This document shows, piece by piece, positions 31,416 through 40,454 of a stretch of DNA of 64,000 nt; positions within the stretch are counted from its first letter, which is position 1; the number at the start of each line of letters is the position of its first letter. Made by a program: the position numbers and the translations under genes. Below the pieces are notes generated by a model. It saw only the letters and a list, made by a program, of their open reading frames with translations. It was not told the DNA's origin and did no database searches. The DNA lies in assembly GCA_038747015.1 (NCBI GenBank), contig JBCDKE010000007.1, positions 63 to 64,062 on the forward strand, given 5' to 3'. Source of the stretch: Pseudomonadota bacterium. Its GTDB lineage: Bacteria > Pseudomonadota > Alphaproteobacteria > Rhodobacterales > Rhodobacteraceae.

Positions 31416-32678
31416 ATGAGTAACTCTGCACGCAGCCCCGCCGCTCCCCTGATCACCCCCGTGCTTGTCGCGGGCTGCGTGATTATGATGGTGGGCTTTG
31501 CGATCCGCGCGTCCTTTGGCGTGTTCCAGATCCCCATCGCCGAGGAATTCGGCTGGCTCCGGGCCGAGTTTTCGCTGGCCATCGCGATCCAGAACCTCGC
31601 ATGGGGCATCGGCCAGCCGATCTTTGGCGCCATCGCCGAGAAACTGACAGATCGCAAAGCGATCATCATGGGCGCGGTGCTCTACGCCGTGGGGCTGGTG
31701 GCCTCGGCCTATTCCACAACGCCAGAGGCGCATCAGTGGCTGAACTGGATGATCGGCTTTGGCATCGCGGGCACGGGCTTCGGCGTGATCCTCGCCGTGG
31801 TGGGCCGTGCCGCCTCCGACGAAAACCGCTCCATGGCGCTGGCCATAGCCACCGCAGCAGGTTCCGCAGGACAGGTCATCGGCGCCCCCATCGCCGAGGG
31901 CCTGCTCAGCTACTTCCCGTGGCAAACCGTGTTCCTGATCTTCGCGGCAGCCATCATCGCTTCGCTGGCAGTGCTGCCCGCCATGAAAGCCCCCGAAGCC
32001 GCCACCAGGGCCGAACTCGAAGAGACCTTTGGCGAGGTCCTCCTCAAGGCCGCCAAGGACCCGTCCTACACGCTGATCTTCCTTGGCTTCTTCTCCTGCG
32101 GCTACCAGCTCGCCTTCGTCACCGCCCATTTCCCGGCCTTCGTCACCGAACTCTGCGGCCCGATCCTGCCGGGCGGCGCGCTCTATTCCATCGGGATCAC
32201 CTCGACCTCTGCGCTAGGCGCCGTGGCAATCTCGCTCATCGGCGTGGCCAATATCGCGGGCACGCTGGCGGCAGGCTGGGCCGGCAAACGGTTCTCCAAG
32301 AAATACCTGCTCGCGGGCATCTACACAGGCCGGACCATCGTTGCGGCGCTCTTCATCATGTTCCCGATCACGCCCACCTCGGTGATCCTCTTCTCAGTGG
32401 CCATGGGTTCGCTCTGGCTCGCCACGGTGCCGCTCACCAGCGGCCTCGTCGCCCATATCTACGGGCTGCGCTACATGGGCACGCTCTACGGGATCGTGTT
32501 CTTCTCCCATCAGCTCGGTTCGTTCCTCGGCGTCTGGCTCGGCGGGCGGATGTACGACATCTACGGCGACTACACGCTGGTCTGGTGGATCGGCGTCGGC
32601 GTCGGCGCGTTCAGCGCAATCGTGCACCTCCCGATCAAGGAAAGCCCCCTGAAATCGCGCCAACCGCAAGCGGCATGA
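31416..32678 (+). CDS. MFS transporter
   Basis: About 12 TM segments; QNLAWGIGQPIFG, FFSCGYQL, SHQLGSFLG. Confidence 0.9.
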   Translation: MSNSARSPAAPLITPVLVAGCVIMMVGFAIRASFGVFQIPIAEEFGWLRAEFSLAIAIQNLAWGIGQPIFGAIAEKLTDRKAIIMGAVLYAVGLVASAYSTTPEAHQWLNWMIGFGIAGTGFGVILAVVGRAASDENRSMALAIATAAGSAGQVIGAPIAEGLLSYFPWQTVFLIFAAAIIASLAVLPAMKAPEAATRAELEETFGEVLLKAAKDPSYTLIFLGFFSCGYQLAFVTAHFPAFVTELCGPILPGGALYSIGITSTSALGAVAISLIGVANIAGTLAAGWAGKRFSKKYLLAGIYTGRTIVAALFIMFPITPTSVILFSVAMGSLWLATVPLTSGLVAHIYGLRYMGTLYGIVFFSHQLGSFLGVWLGGRMYDIYGDYTLVWWIGVGVGAFSAIVHLPIKESPLKSRQPQAA

Positions 32679-33346
32679 GACGCGGCGCCATTGCCATCCT
32701 GCCGCTGGCGCTGGGCGTGGCGACCTATGGGTTCGCCTTCGGCGTCCTCGCTGCCGAGGCCGCGTTTTCCCCGCTCGCGATCGGCACGATGGGCGTTGTG
32801 GTCTTCGCAGGCTCCTCCCAGATCGCCGCCGTGGACCAGTTCCTGACCACGGGCACCGTCATCGGGGCCGCGCTGGCCGGGGCCGCGCTCAACCTGCGCT
32901 ATATCGGCATCGCCGCCTCCATGACCCCGATCCTAAAAGAGCTCTCCTGGCCCGCGCGCCTCGTCGCGCTGCAATACGCCACCGACGAAAACTTCGGCTT
33001 TACCCTCGCCGAACGCGCCAAGGACCCTAGCGTCGGCGGCCGCTTCCTCCTGGGCTCGGGGCTCACCATCATGGCGTTCTGGGTGACCTCCACGGTGGCA
33101 GGCGCAATCATCGGTCAGACGATCCCCGACCTCGACCGCTTCGGCATCGGCTTTGCCTTCACCGCCGCCTTCATCGCCATGGCCCGCGCCATGTGGCCGG
33201 GCCGCCGCGCCCTGATCCCCTGGATCGTCACCTTCGTGATCACCGTGGCGCTGGTGAAACTCGGCCTCCCCACAGCCGCCGCGCTGATCATCGGGGCGGT
33301 CTCAGGCGTCGCGACAGATTTTCTGGTGAACCGCGATGACAGCTGA
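32675..33346 (+). CDS. AzlC-family branched-chain amino acid exporter permease
   Basis: FAGSSQ, LNLRY, TDENF. Confidence 0.87.
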   Translation: MRRGAIAILPLALGVATYGFAFGVLAAEAAFSPLAIGTMGVVVFAGSSQIAAVDQFLTTGTVIGAALAGAALNLRYIGIAASMTPILKELSWPARLVALQYATDENFGFTLAERAKDPSVGGRFLLGSGLTIMAFWVTSTVAGAIIGQTIPDLDRFGIGFAFTAAFIAMARAMWPGRRALIPWIVTFVITVALVKLGLPTAAALIIGAVSGVATDFLVNRDDS

Positions 33347-33632
33347 CCACTGGCTCCTCATCGCCGTCCTCTGCGCCTCCACCATCGGCTTGCGCGCCGT
33401 GGGCTACATCGCCGGCGCCGCGATGATGGAGCGTCCCCTCTTCCGCCGCATCCTGCAGGTCTTTCCGGGCTGCCTTGTCACCGCACTTGTGGCCTCAGCG
33501 CTGGCCAATGGCACCCCGGCCGCCTACGCCGCCGCACTGGCCTCCCTCGCCACAGCCATCGTCACGCGAAACATCGTCGCCACCATGGCCGCCGGGATGG
33601 CCATCTTCGTCGCGGCCAGCAGCTTCCTCTAG
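33336..33632 (+). CDS. AzlD-family small membrane subunit
   Basis: 98-aa hydrophobic protein overlapping the azlC-like gene. Confidence 0.8.
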   Translation: MTADHWLLIAVLCASTIGLRAVGYIAGAAMMERPLFRRILQVFPGCLVTALVASALANGTPAAYAAALASLATAIVTRNIVATMAAGMAIFVAASSFL

Positions 33633-33640
33633 GGCCCCGT

Positions 33641-33664
33641 CCCTTCTTTGTTTCAAAAATACTT
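33641..33664 (-). repeat. 24-bp intergenic repeat, copy 4 (AAGTATTT-ttg-AAACAAAGAAGGG on minus)
   Basis: Identical core; between convergent genes. Confidence 0.85.
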
Positions 33665-33767
33665 GAAAGCGCACCCACCACGCGCACGAAACGCGCAAAA
33701 AATGCTCCCGAAGGGAAGGTGGGCGGGGCGTCTTTGCCGCCAGGCAAACAGCGTCGGCCCGGCGACC

Positions 33768-34556
33768 CTAGCCGCCGTAAAGCACCGGAAACCAATCCTC
33801 GCGCAAACGCTGTCCACCGGACATCCCATGCCCCGGAAACGGTGGCGAGGTCCGCCCCGGCCGCTCCACATAGCGCGCGTCATCACCCACCCAGCGCAGC
33901 GACAGCGCCCGCCGCCGCCCGGCCCCGGGATTGCCTCGCGCACCATGCACCGTGCGAAAATCAAACAGCACCGCGTCACCGGGCCCCATCGCCCATTCGA
34001 GCAATGAATGCCCCAGGGTCGCGTCACTGTCAGGATCGGGCACCGGCATCCAGTCGTGCTCACCCTCGTAGAAATCACTGTCATCGGCCCAGCTCACAGG
34101 GCGCACGGACTTGGTCCAGCGGTGCGAGCCAGCAATCAGCCTCAGCGACGCCTCCTGCACCGGATCCAGTGGCACCCACATGCTCACGGTTTGCTCACCT
34201 TCGACAAAGTAATATGGCCCGTCCTGGTGCCAGGGCGTGGGTTTCGGCGTCCCACCCTCTTTGACCAACACGTGGTCATGGAAAAACTGCGCCGTCTCGG
34301 ACCGCATTGCCCGCGCAGCCAACTCCGCCGCTGGGCTCTCGCGCACGACCCGCTCCATGGCGGGCAGGCGGGTCCAGTTCACGTAGTCATCGAAAAACCG
34401 GCCCTCGGTCACCGCGTTCTCTGACGCGTAAGGCCCAGGCTCCGCCATATTGGCGTCCACCGCCTCGGCCATGACATCTACCCAGTCGCGAAAGACGCCC
34501 GGTACCATGACCGCACCGTCGCGCTGATAGGCCTCGATCTGTTCATCCGTAATCAT
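33768..34556 (-). CDS. Phytanoyl-CoA dioxygenase (PhyH) family Fe/2OG dioxygenase
   Basis: YQRDG, TPWHQD (HxD), IAGSHRW, HGA, RRALS. Confidence 0.88.
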   Translation of the reverse strand: MITDEQIEAYQRDGAVMVPGVFRDWVDVMAEAVDANMAEPGPYASENAVTEGRFFDDYVNWTRLPAMERVVRESPAAELAARAMRSETAQFFHDHVLVKEGGTPKPTPWHQDGPYYFVEGEQTVSMWVPLDPVQEASLRLIAGSHRWTKSVRPVSWADDSDFYEGEHDWMPVPDPDSDATLGHSLLEWAMGPGDAVLFDFRTVHGARGNPGAGRRRALSLRWVGDDARYVERPGRTSPPFPGHGMSGGQRLREDWFPVLYGG

Positions 34557-35446
34557 GTCACCTGATCCAGTATGTAGCGCGCCGTCATCAGATCGAGATG
34601 CGCGCCGCCCCCGTTTTTGAAGATCGAAAGACCACCGGGCTCGAACCCGCCCGAATAGTAGTCTCCCAGTACGTGTTCGCGCGCGATCACGCCCGCCTCC
34701 AGCGGGATCTTCAGCTCTCCGATATGGCCCAGCGTGGTGTCAAAGCTGTCCACGTAAACCCGCGCCCGTGTGATGGCCTCGTCATCGGCCTCGCGCATGT
34801 CAGGCCGGTAGGCCCCGATCAGGTTCACGTGCTGCCCCTCGCGCAACCATGCGCCCTTTAGCCAGGGTTCCGTCGCCATCGTGCATCCCACGATAATATC
34901 CGCCCGCTTTACCGCGGCCTCCAGATCGCCCACCGGCAGCGTGGCGTCATATTCTGCGCACAGCGCATCTGCCGCCGCGGCGCTCCGGTTCCAAACCTCG
35001 AAACCCGCCAGAGGGTACCCCGCGCCAAAGGCTTCACGGATCGACCGGCCCACGGTGCCCGCGCCCACAATCAGAATCTGCCGCGCCTCGGGCCTGAGCT
35101 TGAGCGCGCCGAGCAGACTATCGGCAGCGGTCTTCCACTTGGTCACGAGCTTGAAATCGATAAACGCCGCCGGCGCGCCCGTGGCATCGTCAAAGAGCGT
35201 CACCGCCCCGTCGATCATCGGCCGCCCTTTGGCCGGGTTGCCAGGATAGACCGTCGCGGTCTTTACCAGCGCGCCGAGCCCGTCGATCCAGGCGGCGCGG
35301 CTCAGGATCGTGTCGTCACCCCGGTAGAGAAACGAATCCTCGATCGACGCTTTCGGGAGGGCATGCCCCGCCTCCAAAGCCTGCGTGAGGCCAAGCCAGT
35401 CCAGGGCCGCCTCGCCTTGCTCAAAACTGATGAACGGGACGCTCAC
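34553..35446 (-). CDS. Ornithine cyclodeaminase/mu-crystallin family protein
   Basis: TKWKTAADS, GAGTVG, HVNLIGA, KNGGGAHLDL. Confidence 0.87.
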   Translation of the reverse strand: MSVPFISFEQGEAALDWLGLTQALEAGHALPKASIEDSFLYRGDDTILSRAAWIDGLGALVKTATVYPGNPAKGRPMIDGAVTLFDDATGAPAAFIDFKLVTKWKTAADSLLGALKLRPEARQILIVGAGTVGRSIREAFGAGYPLAGFEVWNRSAAAADALCAEYDATLPVGDLEAAVKRADIIVGCTMATEPWLKGAWLREGQHVNLIGAYRPDMREADDEAITRARVYVDSFDTTLGHIGELKIPLEAGVIAREHVLGDYYSGGFEPGGLSIFKNGGGAHLDLMTARYILDQVT

Positions 35447-36060
35447 GCGGCTTCACCCGCAGTGAGAAGCCCTTCGGCCACCAGCCTCTCTGCCCAACCC
35501 TGCGGACCCTCAAAAAGATGCCCCTGCCAACCCCGCGCTGCGGCGGCGGCGATGTTGTCGGCCCGATCATCGGCAAAGAGCAATGCCCCCGGCTCCACCC
35601 CGCAGTCTTCCTCCACCATCCGGTAAATCTCTGGATCCGGTTTGATCACCCGCATCCGGCCCGAGACGTATTCGCGATCAAATTCACCCAGGAAATCATA
35701 CTGCGTCTGGGCATAGGCAAAGCTCTCGACCCCGAAATTCGTCAGCGCAAAAACCGGGACCCCCTTGGCCCGCAATGCCCGCAACAGCCGCACCGAATGA
35801 TCAATCACCGGCTGCGCCAGCTCGATCCAGTTGTCGTGCCATTGCCGCACCTCACCGCGCCACGCCGGGTAGGCCTCCGCCGTCTCGTAGATCACGTCGC
35901 GAAATCCTTCGCCCTTGTCCACGCGATCGTTCATCCCATGGAGATCAACTTCGGTGAACAACGCCTTGCGCCGCTCCTCCCCGATGACGCGGTCATAGTA
36001 CCGCTCGGGATGCCACTCGATCAGCACATTGCCGATGTCAAAAATCACTGCTTGTATCAT
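35443..36060 (-). CDS. HAD-family phosphatase
   Basis: FDIGNVL, LTNF, KPDPEIY, FADD. Confidence 0.88.
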   Translation of the reverse strand: MIQAVIFDIGNVLIEWHPERYYDRVIGEERRKALFTEVDLHGMNDRVDKGEGFRDVIYETAEAYPAWRGEVRQWHDNWIELAQPVIDHSVRLLRALRAKGVPVFALTNFGVESFAYAQTQYDFLGEFDREYVSGRMRVIKPDPEIYRMVEEDCGVEPGALLFADDRADNIAAAAARGWQGHLFEGPQGWAERLVAEGLLTAGEAA

Positions 36061-36069
36061 GGGGCCAGA

Positions 36070-37035
36070 TCACCGCCGTGCGCGCGGAACGTCAACCATA
36101 TCCTGTTCGGCGCGGGCCTCTCGCCAGATGATAAATAGCCCGGAGCCGAGGATCAGCGCGATCCCGGCAAAGGTGGTGGTATCCGGGGTTTCGCCAAAAA
36201 CCACGTAGCCCATAACAATGGCGATGGGCAGCGCGAGATACTCGAACGGCGCCACAACAGCAGCTTCCGCTACGCGGTAGGCCTGACTGATCAGGAACCC
36301 GCCAAATCCTGTCGCGACCCCGATCAAAAGAAAGAGCGGCCAGTCACCCGGTTCAGGCCAAGCCCAGGCCCGGAACAGAAAAGCCAGCGCCTGGTTTTCC
36401 TGTTCACCAAAACGCCCGTCGCCCACGATCAACCAAAAGAGCGCGCAAACCACAATGAACGTCAGCTGGATATAGACCGTCATGGTAGCAGCGCTCTCGG
36501 TCTTGCCGATGAAGCGTGTCATCATGTGAAGCCCGGCATAGGATGCCGCCGCCGCCACGGGCAAAAGCGAGGCCAGCTGAAACGCCTCGGTTCCCGGTCT
36601 CTGCACAATCAGCACACCGATGAAGCCTACGATGACCGCCACCCAGCGGCGCGGCCCCACATGCTCCCCCAAAAAGATCACAGAGAACACGGTGATCAAC
36701 AGGGGAGACACAAAGAAAATCGCCACAGCATCGGCCAGCGGCAACACCGCGAGACCAAGGAAGAAAGTGATATTGGCAAAGACCACCAAAAGACCGCGCA
36801 GGATGTGCAGAAACAGCCTCCGCGTACGGATCACACCCCAGCCACCTGCATAGGGAAAAACAAATACCGACACGATCACCAGCCCGATCAGGGACCGGAT
36901 CAGCACCACCTCGTGCAGCGCGTAGTCGCCAGACAGAAATTTGATCGTGGAGTCATTGGCCGAAAACATCACCACAGCCAGCGCCGCGCAGGCAGCACCA
37001 AAGCGTGAGGGATTTGCGGTCAGCGATTTCAGCAT
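36070..37035 (-). CDS. DMT/EamA-family transporter
   Basis: About 10 TM segments; FLGEHVGPRRW, VAPFEY. Confidence 0.88.
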   Translation of the reverse strand: MLKSLTANPSRFGAACAALAVVMFSANDSTIKFLSGDYALHEVVLIRSLIGLVIVSVFVFPYAGGWGVIRTRRLFLHILRGLLVVFANITFFLGLAVLPLADAVAIFFVSPLLITVFSVIFLGEHVGPRRWVAVIVGFIGVLIVQRPGTEAFQLASLLPVAAAASYAGLHMMTRFIGKTESAATMTVYIQLTFIVVCALFWLIVGDGRFGEQENQALAFLFRAWAWPEPGDWPLFLLIGVATGFGGFLISQAYRVAEAAVVAPFEYLALPIAIVMGYVVFGETPDTTTFAGIALILGSGLFIIWREARAEQDMVDVPRARR

Positions 37036-37109
37036 GGCTGCAAGCCTCGCAGAAATCCGCAGTGCTTCAGGTCTATGAGCGACGCCCGGATGTCGCCCCA
37101 AGCGAGGCA

Positions 37110-37155
37110 CCGAAATCTTACAAAGATTTCGGCCCGATTTCTTTGCAAGAAATCG
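37110..37155. repeat. Tandem pair of AT-core palindromes
   Basis: CCGAAATCTT-aca-AAGATTTCGG and CGATTTCTT-tgc-AAGAAATCG. Confidence 0.6.
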
Positions 37156-37596
37156 CTACCGCGCCTGCCGCACGAGCCGTTCCAGCGTGTCCAGAAACCG
37201 GCTGCGATCCGCTTTCGAAAACGGCCGCCCACCGCCCTGCCGGAACGGATCCGCGGCGCGCAGGTCGGCCATAAGGTCCCGCGTCGCCAGCGCCTGTTTT
37301 ACATTGGCTGCCGTCAGCGCTTCGCCGTTGGGCTTTATCACCAATGCACCGGCATCCACCGCTTTGGCGGCCAGTGGGATGTCCCCGGTGACGACAACGT
37401 CCCCCGCCCCGGCGCGATCCGCGATCCATTTGTCCGCCTCGTCAGGCCCGTCAGGCACGACCACCATCTCGATCAGCGGGTTGGGCGACGGGCGAATTCC
37501 GCCATTAGACACCATGGCCACGCCCAGCCGGTGGCGCGTCGCCACGCGTTCCACCTCGGCCTTCACCGGGCAGGCATCGGCGTCGACATAGATCAC
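37156..37596 (-). CDS. YaiI/YqxD (UPF0178) family protein
   Basis: [26 protein letters not shown]. Confidence 0.9.
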   Translation of the reverse strand: MIYVDADACPVKAEVERVATRHRLGVAMVSNGGIRPSPNPLIEMVVVPDGPDEADKWIADRAGAGDVVVTGDIPLAAKAVDAGALVIKPNGEALTAANVKQALATRDLMADLRAADPFRQGGGRPFSKADRSRFLDTLERLVRQAR

Positions 37597-38420
37597 CCGA
37601 ACAACGCTTCAGTGTGGAAAGCCACGTGATCGGCCATGAAGCTCGCCACGAAGAAATAGGAATGATCGTACCCGGGCTGCATCCGATAAACCGCCTGCTG
37701 TCGGCGGCTCGCGATAGCCCCCGCCAAGGCCTCGGGATTTAAAAGATCAATAAACTGATCCGCCGTGCCAGTATCCACCAGCAACGGCGCATCAAGCCCT
37801 ATCGCCGCCATCTGCAGCGCCGCGTCATGGCGCGCCCAAACGGCCTCGTCGCTGCCCAGATAGGCTCCCAGCTGCTTGCGGCCCCAATCGCTCGCCGTCG
37901 GGTTAGATATCGGTGCGAAAGCCGATACCGACTTGAACCGCCCGGGATGAGCCATGGCGATCGTCAGCGCCCCGTGGCCGCCCATGGAATGGCCAGTGAT
38001 CCCCTGGCGCTTCAGGTCGACGCCCTGCCCCGCCACCACGGCAGGCAGCTCTTCGGTGATGTAGCTCCACATCTTGAAATGCGGTGACCACGGCGCCTCT
38101 GTGGCGTCCACGTAAAACCCGGCGCCCTGCCCCAGATCATAGGCCTCGTCATCGGCGACCCCCTCGCCCCGCGGCGACGTGTCGGGAAACACCAGCGCGA
38201 TCCCAGCCTCCGCAGCCCAGGCCTGCGCGCCTGCCTTCACCATGGCGTTCTCATGGGTGCAGGTCAGCCCGCTGAGATACCACAGCACCGGCACCGGTCC
38301 CGCCTTGGCCTCTTCGGGTAGGAACAACCCATAGGTCATGTCACAACCGCAAAGCTCCGAGGCATGAGTATAGACGCCCTGAACCCCGCCAAAGCAGGCA
38401 TTTTCTGACACGGTTTCCAT
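37593..38420 (-). CDS. fghA: S-formylglutathione hydrolase
   Basis: [35 protein letters not shown]. Confidence 0.95.
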   Translation of the reverse strand: METVSENACFGGVQGVYTHASELCGCDMTYGLFLPEEAKAGPVPVLWYLSGLTCTHENAMVKAGAQAWAAEAGIALVFPDTSPRGEGVADDEAYDLGQGAGFYVDATEAPWSPHFKMWSYITEELPAVVAGQGVDLKRQGITGHSMGGHGALTIAMAHPGRFKSVSAFAPISNPTASDWGRKQLGAYLGSDEAVWARHDAALQMAAIGLDAPLLVDTGTADQFIDLLNPEALAGAIASRRQQAVYRMQPGYDHSYFFVASFMADHVAFHTEALFG

Positions 38421-38422
38421 GG

Positions 38423-39367
38423 TTACCCTCCCGGTATTGCAAAGCCGCTGACCCAGCCGATCACCAGTGAAACGGTGACGACCGACACAGCCGTGGAAAT
38501 GAGAATGGACGCCGACACCCGCGTCGGCGCGACGCCGTAATGCTGGGCGAGGATGAACACGTTGCCCGCCACCGGAAGCGCCGAGGCCGCGATCATCACG
38601 CCCGCCGCGTAAGGCTCTACAGGAAAGATCACGAGCGCCGCAAAGGCCACCGCCGCAGGGGTCGCCACCAGCTTGAGAAAGCTCAGATAGCCCGTAATCG
38701 CCAGCTTGTTGGCCGATTTCGTCGCCAGAGATGCCCCAATAGCAAAGAGCGCCGCCGGTGTCGCCGCCGATCCGAGAATCTGCAGGAACTCCTCCGCCGG
38801 GCCGGGGATCGGCAGCCCGGTGGTGGCCCAGGTCAGGCCCAGCGCCATGGAGACGATCATCGGGTTTTTCAAAAGCCCGGTGCCGACGGTCTTGAGGATA
38901 CCCAGCGACATCCTACCATCCCGCGACCCTGTGATCAGGATCACGATCAGTGAGCCAAAGACAATCAAATCGATGGCCAAAACCATCATGACCGGGCCAA
39001 TGGCCTCTTCGCCCATCAAAAGCACCAGCATGGGGATGCCGAGGAAACCCACATTGCCGATCACGGCGCACTGCGCCTCTACCGCGATCTCGTCGACCTT
39101 GAGCTTGCGGATCAAGCCCACCGCAGTGGCGAGCAGATAGATCAGCATCGTGCCCCAGAGATAGGCCAGCACAAAAGGCCAGCTGAATACTTCGCCCACC
39201 GACAGGTTGGCCGAAAACCGGAACAGCATCGCCGAAAGCGCAAAGTAGAAGACAAAGCGCGTCAGATAGGCGGTGGCCTCTTCGGTGAAAAACTTCGTCC
39301 GACCAGCCCCATAGCCCAGCGCGATGAGCGCGAAAAAAGGGAGCGTCTTCAGAAAGATCGGCAGCAT
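38423..39367 (-). CDS. AEC-family transporter
   Basis: GNVGFLGIP, LLKNPMI, ALFAIGASL, LPVAGNVF. Confidence 0.88.
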   Translation of the reverse strand: MLPIFLKTLPFFALIALGYGAGRTKFFTEEATAYLTRFVFYFALSAMLFRFSANLSVGEVFSWPFVLAYLWGTMLIYLLATAVGLIRKLKVDEIAVEAQCAVIGNVGFLGIPMLVLLMGEEAIGPVMMVLAIDLIVFGSLIVILITGSRDGRMSLGILKTVGTGLLKNPMIVSMALGLTWATTGLPIPGPAEEFLQILGSAATPAALFAIGASLATKSANKLAITGYLSFLKLVATPAAVAFAALVIFPVEPYAAGVMIAASALPVAGNVFILAQHYGVAPTRVSASILISTAVSVVTVSLVIGWVSGFAIPGG

Positions 39368-39430
39368 GCCGCCATCGGTAAAGCCCTGTCCGCGCAGCGG
39401 CAAGCCCGCGTCGCAAAACGGGCTGACGAA

Positions 39431-39511
39431 AAAAATGAACCCTTCAGTTCATTTTTCTCTTGCAAAGTGAACTCGATGGTTTAGATAAATCAACATGAAC
39501 CGAACGGTTCA
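39431..39511. promoter_or_regulatory. Three TGAAC-N6-GTTYA operators overlapping a putative promoter (TTGCAA at 39460)
   Basis: AAAAATGAAC-N6-GTTCATTTTT 39431-39456; TGAAC-N6-GTTTA 39468-39483; TGAAC-N6-GTTCA 39496-39511. Confidence 0.75.
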
Positions 39512-39568
39512 GTTCAAGAAAGACGCGACCGACCCAAGCACCAACCGACACATTTAAGGAGACCAGCC

Positions 39569-39733
39569 ATGAAATCCTTCCTCGTTGCCCTCACTCTCGC
39601 ATTCGCCGCCACTTCTGTTGCAGCACTTCCTGCAGCTCCCTTGTTCCCCACTCTCACCTTCCCTGAGAGCTCGGCGGACACACCCCCGCAGGACGGCTCC
39701 CTCGTCGTTTCCACACTCACGGACCAGAAGTAA
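39569..39733 (+). CDS. 54-aa secreted small protein (below the ORF-track cutoff)
   Basis: TAAGGAG RBS; MKSFLVALTLAFAATSVAA signal peptide, then LPAAPLFPTLTFPESS...DQK*. Confidence 0.75.
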   Translation: MKSFLVALTLAFAATSVAALPAAPLFPTLTFPESSADTPPQDGSLVVSTLTDQK

Positions 39734-39795
39734 GGCGGCGATCTCCCTTGCCGGAATTAAACCCACCAGTTTATAATTCTGGCAAGGGAGGCCAA

Positions 39796-40413
39796 ATGCC
39801 AGACGGAAGCCCACAGGTCCGCAAGGGCCGGAAATTCGACCAAGTCGTCGAAGGAGCCACCGAAGTCTTCATGGAAGTCGGCTTTGATCGTGCGTCTGTG
39901 GACGACATTGCCCGCCGCGCAGGTGTGTCCAAAGCCACGCTCTATTCCTACTTCCCCGACAAAAGACTGCTCTTTGTCGAGGTGATGAGCCGCGAATGCG
40001 AAGCCCGCGCCCAACAGGCCGAGGCGCTCATCGACAAAAGCAGGTCCCCCCGCACCGTCATGCCCCTCGCCGCGCGCGTGCTGATGGATTTCTACATGTC
40101 CGATTTCGGGCAACAGTCCTTCCGCCTCGCCATCGGGCAAAGCGGCCAGTTCGAAGAACTCGGTCAGGGGTTTTATGACTCAGGCCCCGGCCTCATCGAA
40201 CGCGAACTTGTGCCCTACTTCGACGAAGCTGAGGCCCGCGGCGAACTCGACATCCCGGATAAGGTCCTTGCCGCGCATCAATTCGCCGAACTGTGCAAAT
40301 CATGGATTTTCCCGCGCGTGATGATGTGCGTGCAGACGGAATTCACCGAGGAAGAAAAACAGCGCACCATGGACGGCGCGGTGGACATGTTCCTGGCTCG
40401 GTACGCCGCATAG
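39796..40413 (+). CDS. TetR/AcrR-family transcriptional regulator
   Basis: GFDRASVDDIARRAGVSKATLYSYFPDK; GGAGG RBS. Confidence 0.93.
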   Translation: MPDGSPQVRKGRKFDQVVEGATEVFMEVGFDRASVDDIARRAGVSKATLYSYFPDKRLLFVEVMSRECEARAQQAEALIDKSRSPRTVMPLAARVLMDFYMSDFGQQSFRLAIGQSGQFEELGQGFYDSGPGLIERELVPYFDEAEARGELDIPDKVLAAHQFAELCKSWIFPRVMMCVQTEFTEEEKQRTMDGAVDMFLARYAA

Positions 40414-40454
40414 CTACTCTATCAGCCCACGCAGTGGTTCTATGGCTGGAATAG

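Noticed and set aside
31601-32674. 581-aa ORF suggesting a long N-terminal extension of AzlC
   Set aside because: The upstream part is an off-frame Arg/Pro-rich shadow of the MFS gene; the real start is ATG 32675.
39496-39516. GAAC/GTTC words as an SOS box
   Set aside because: The arrangement is inverted with N6 spacing, not the direct N7 repeat of alphaproteobacterial LexA; assigned to TetR instead.
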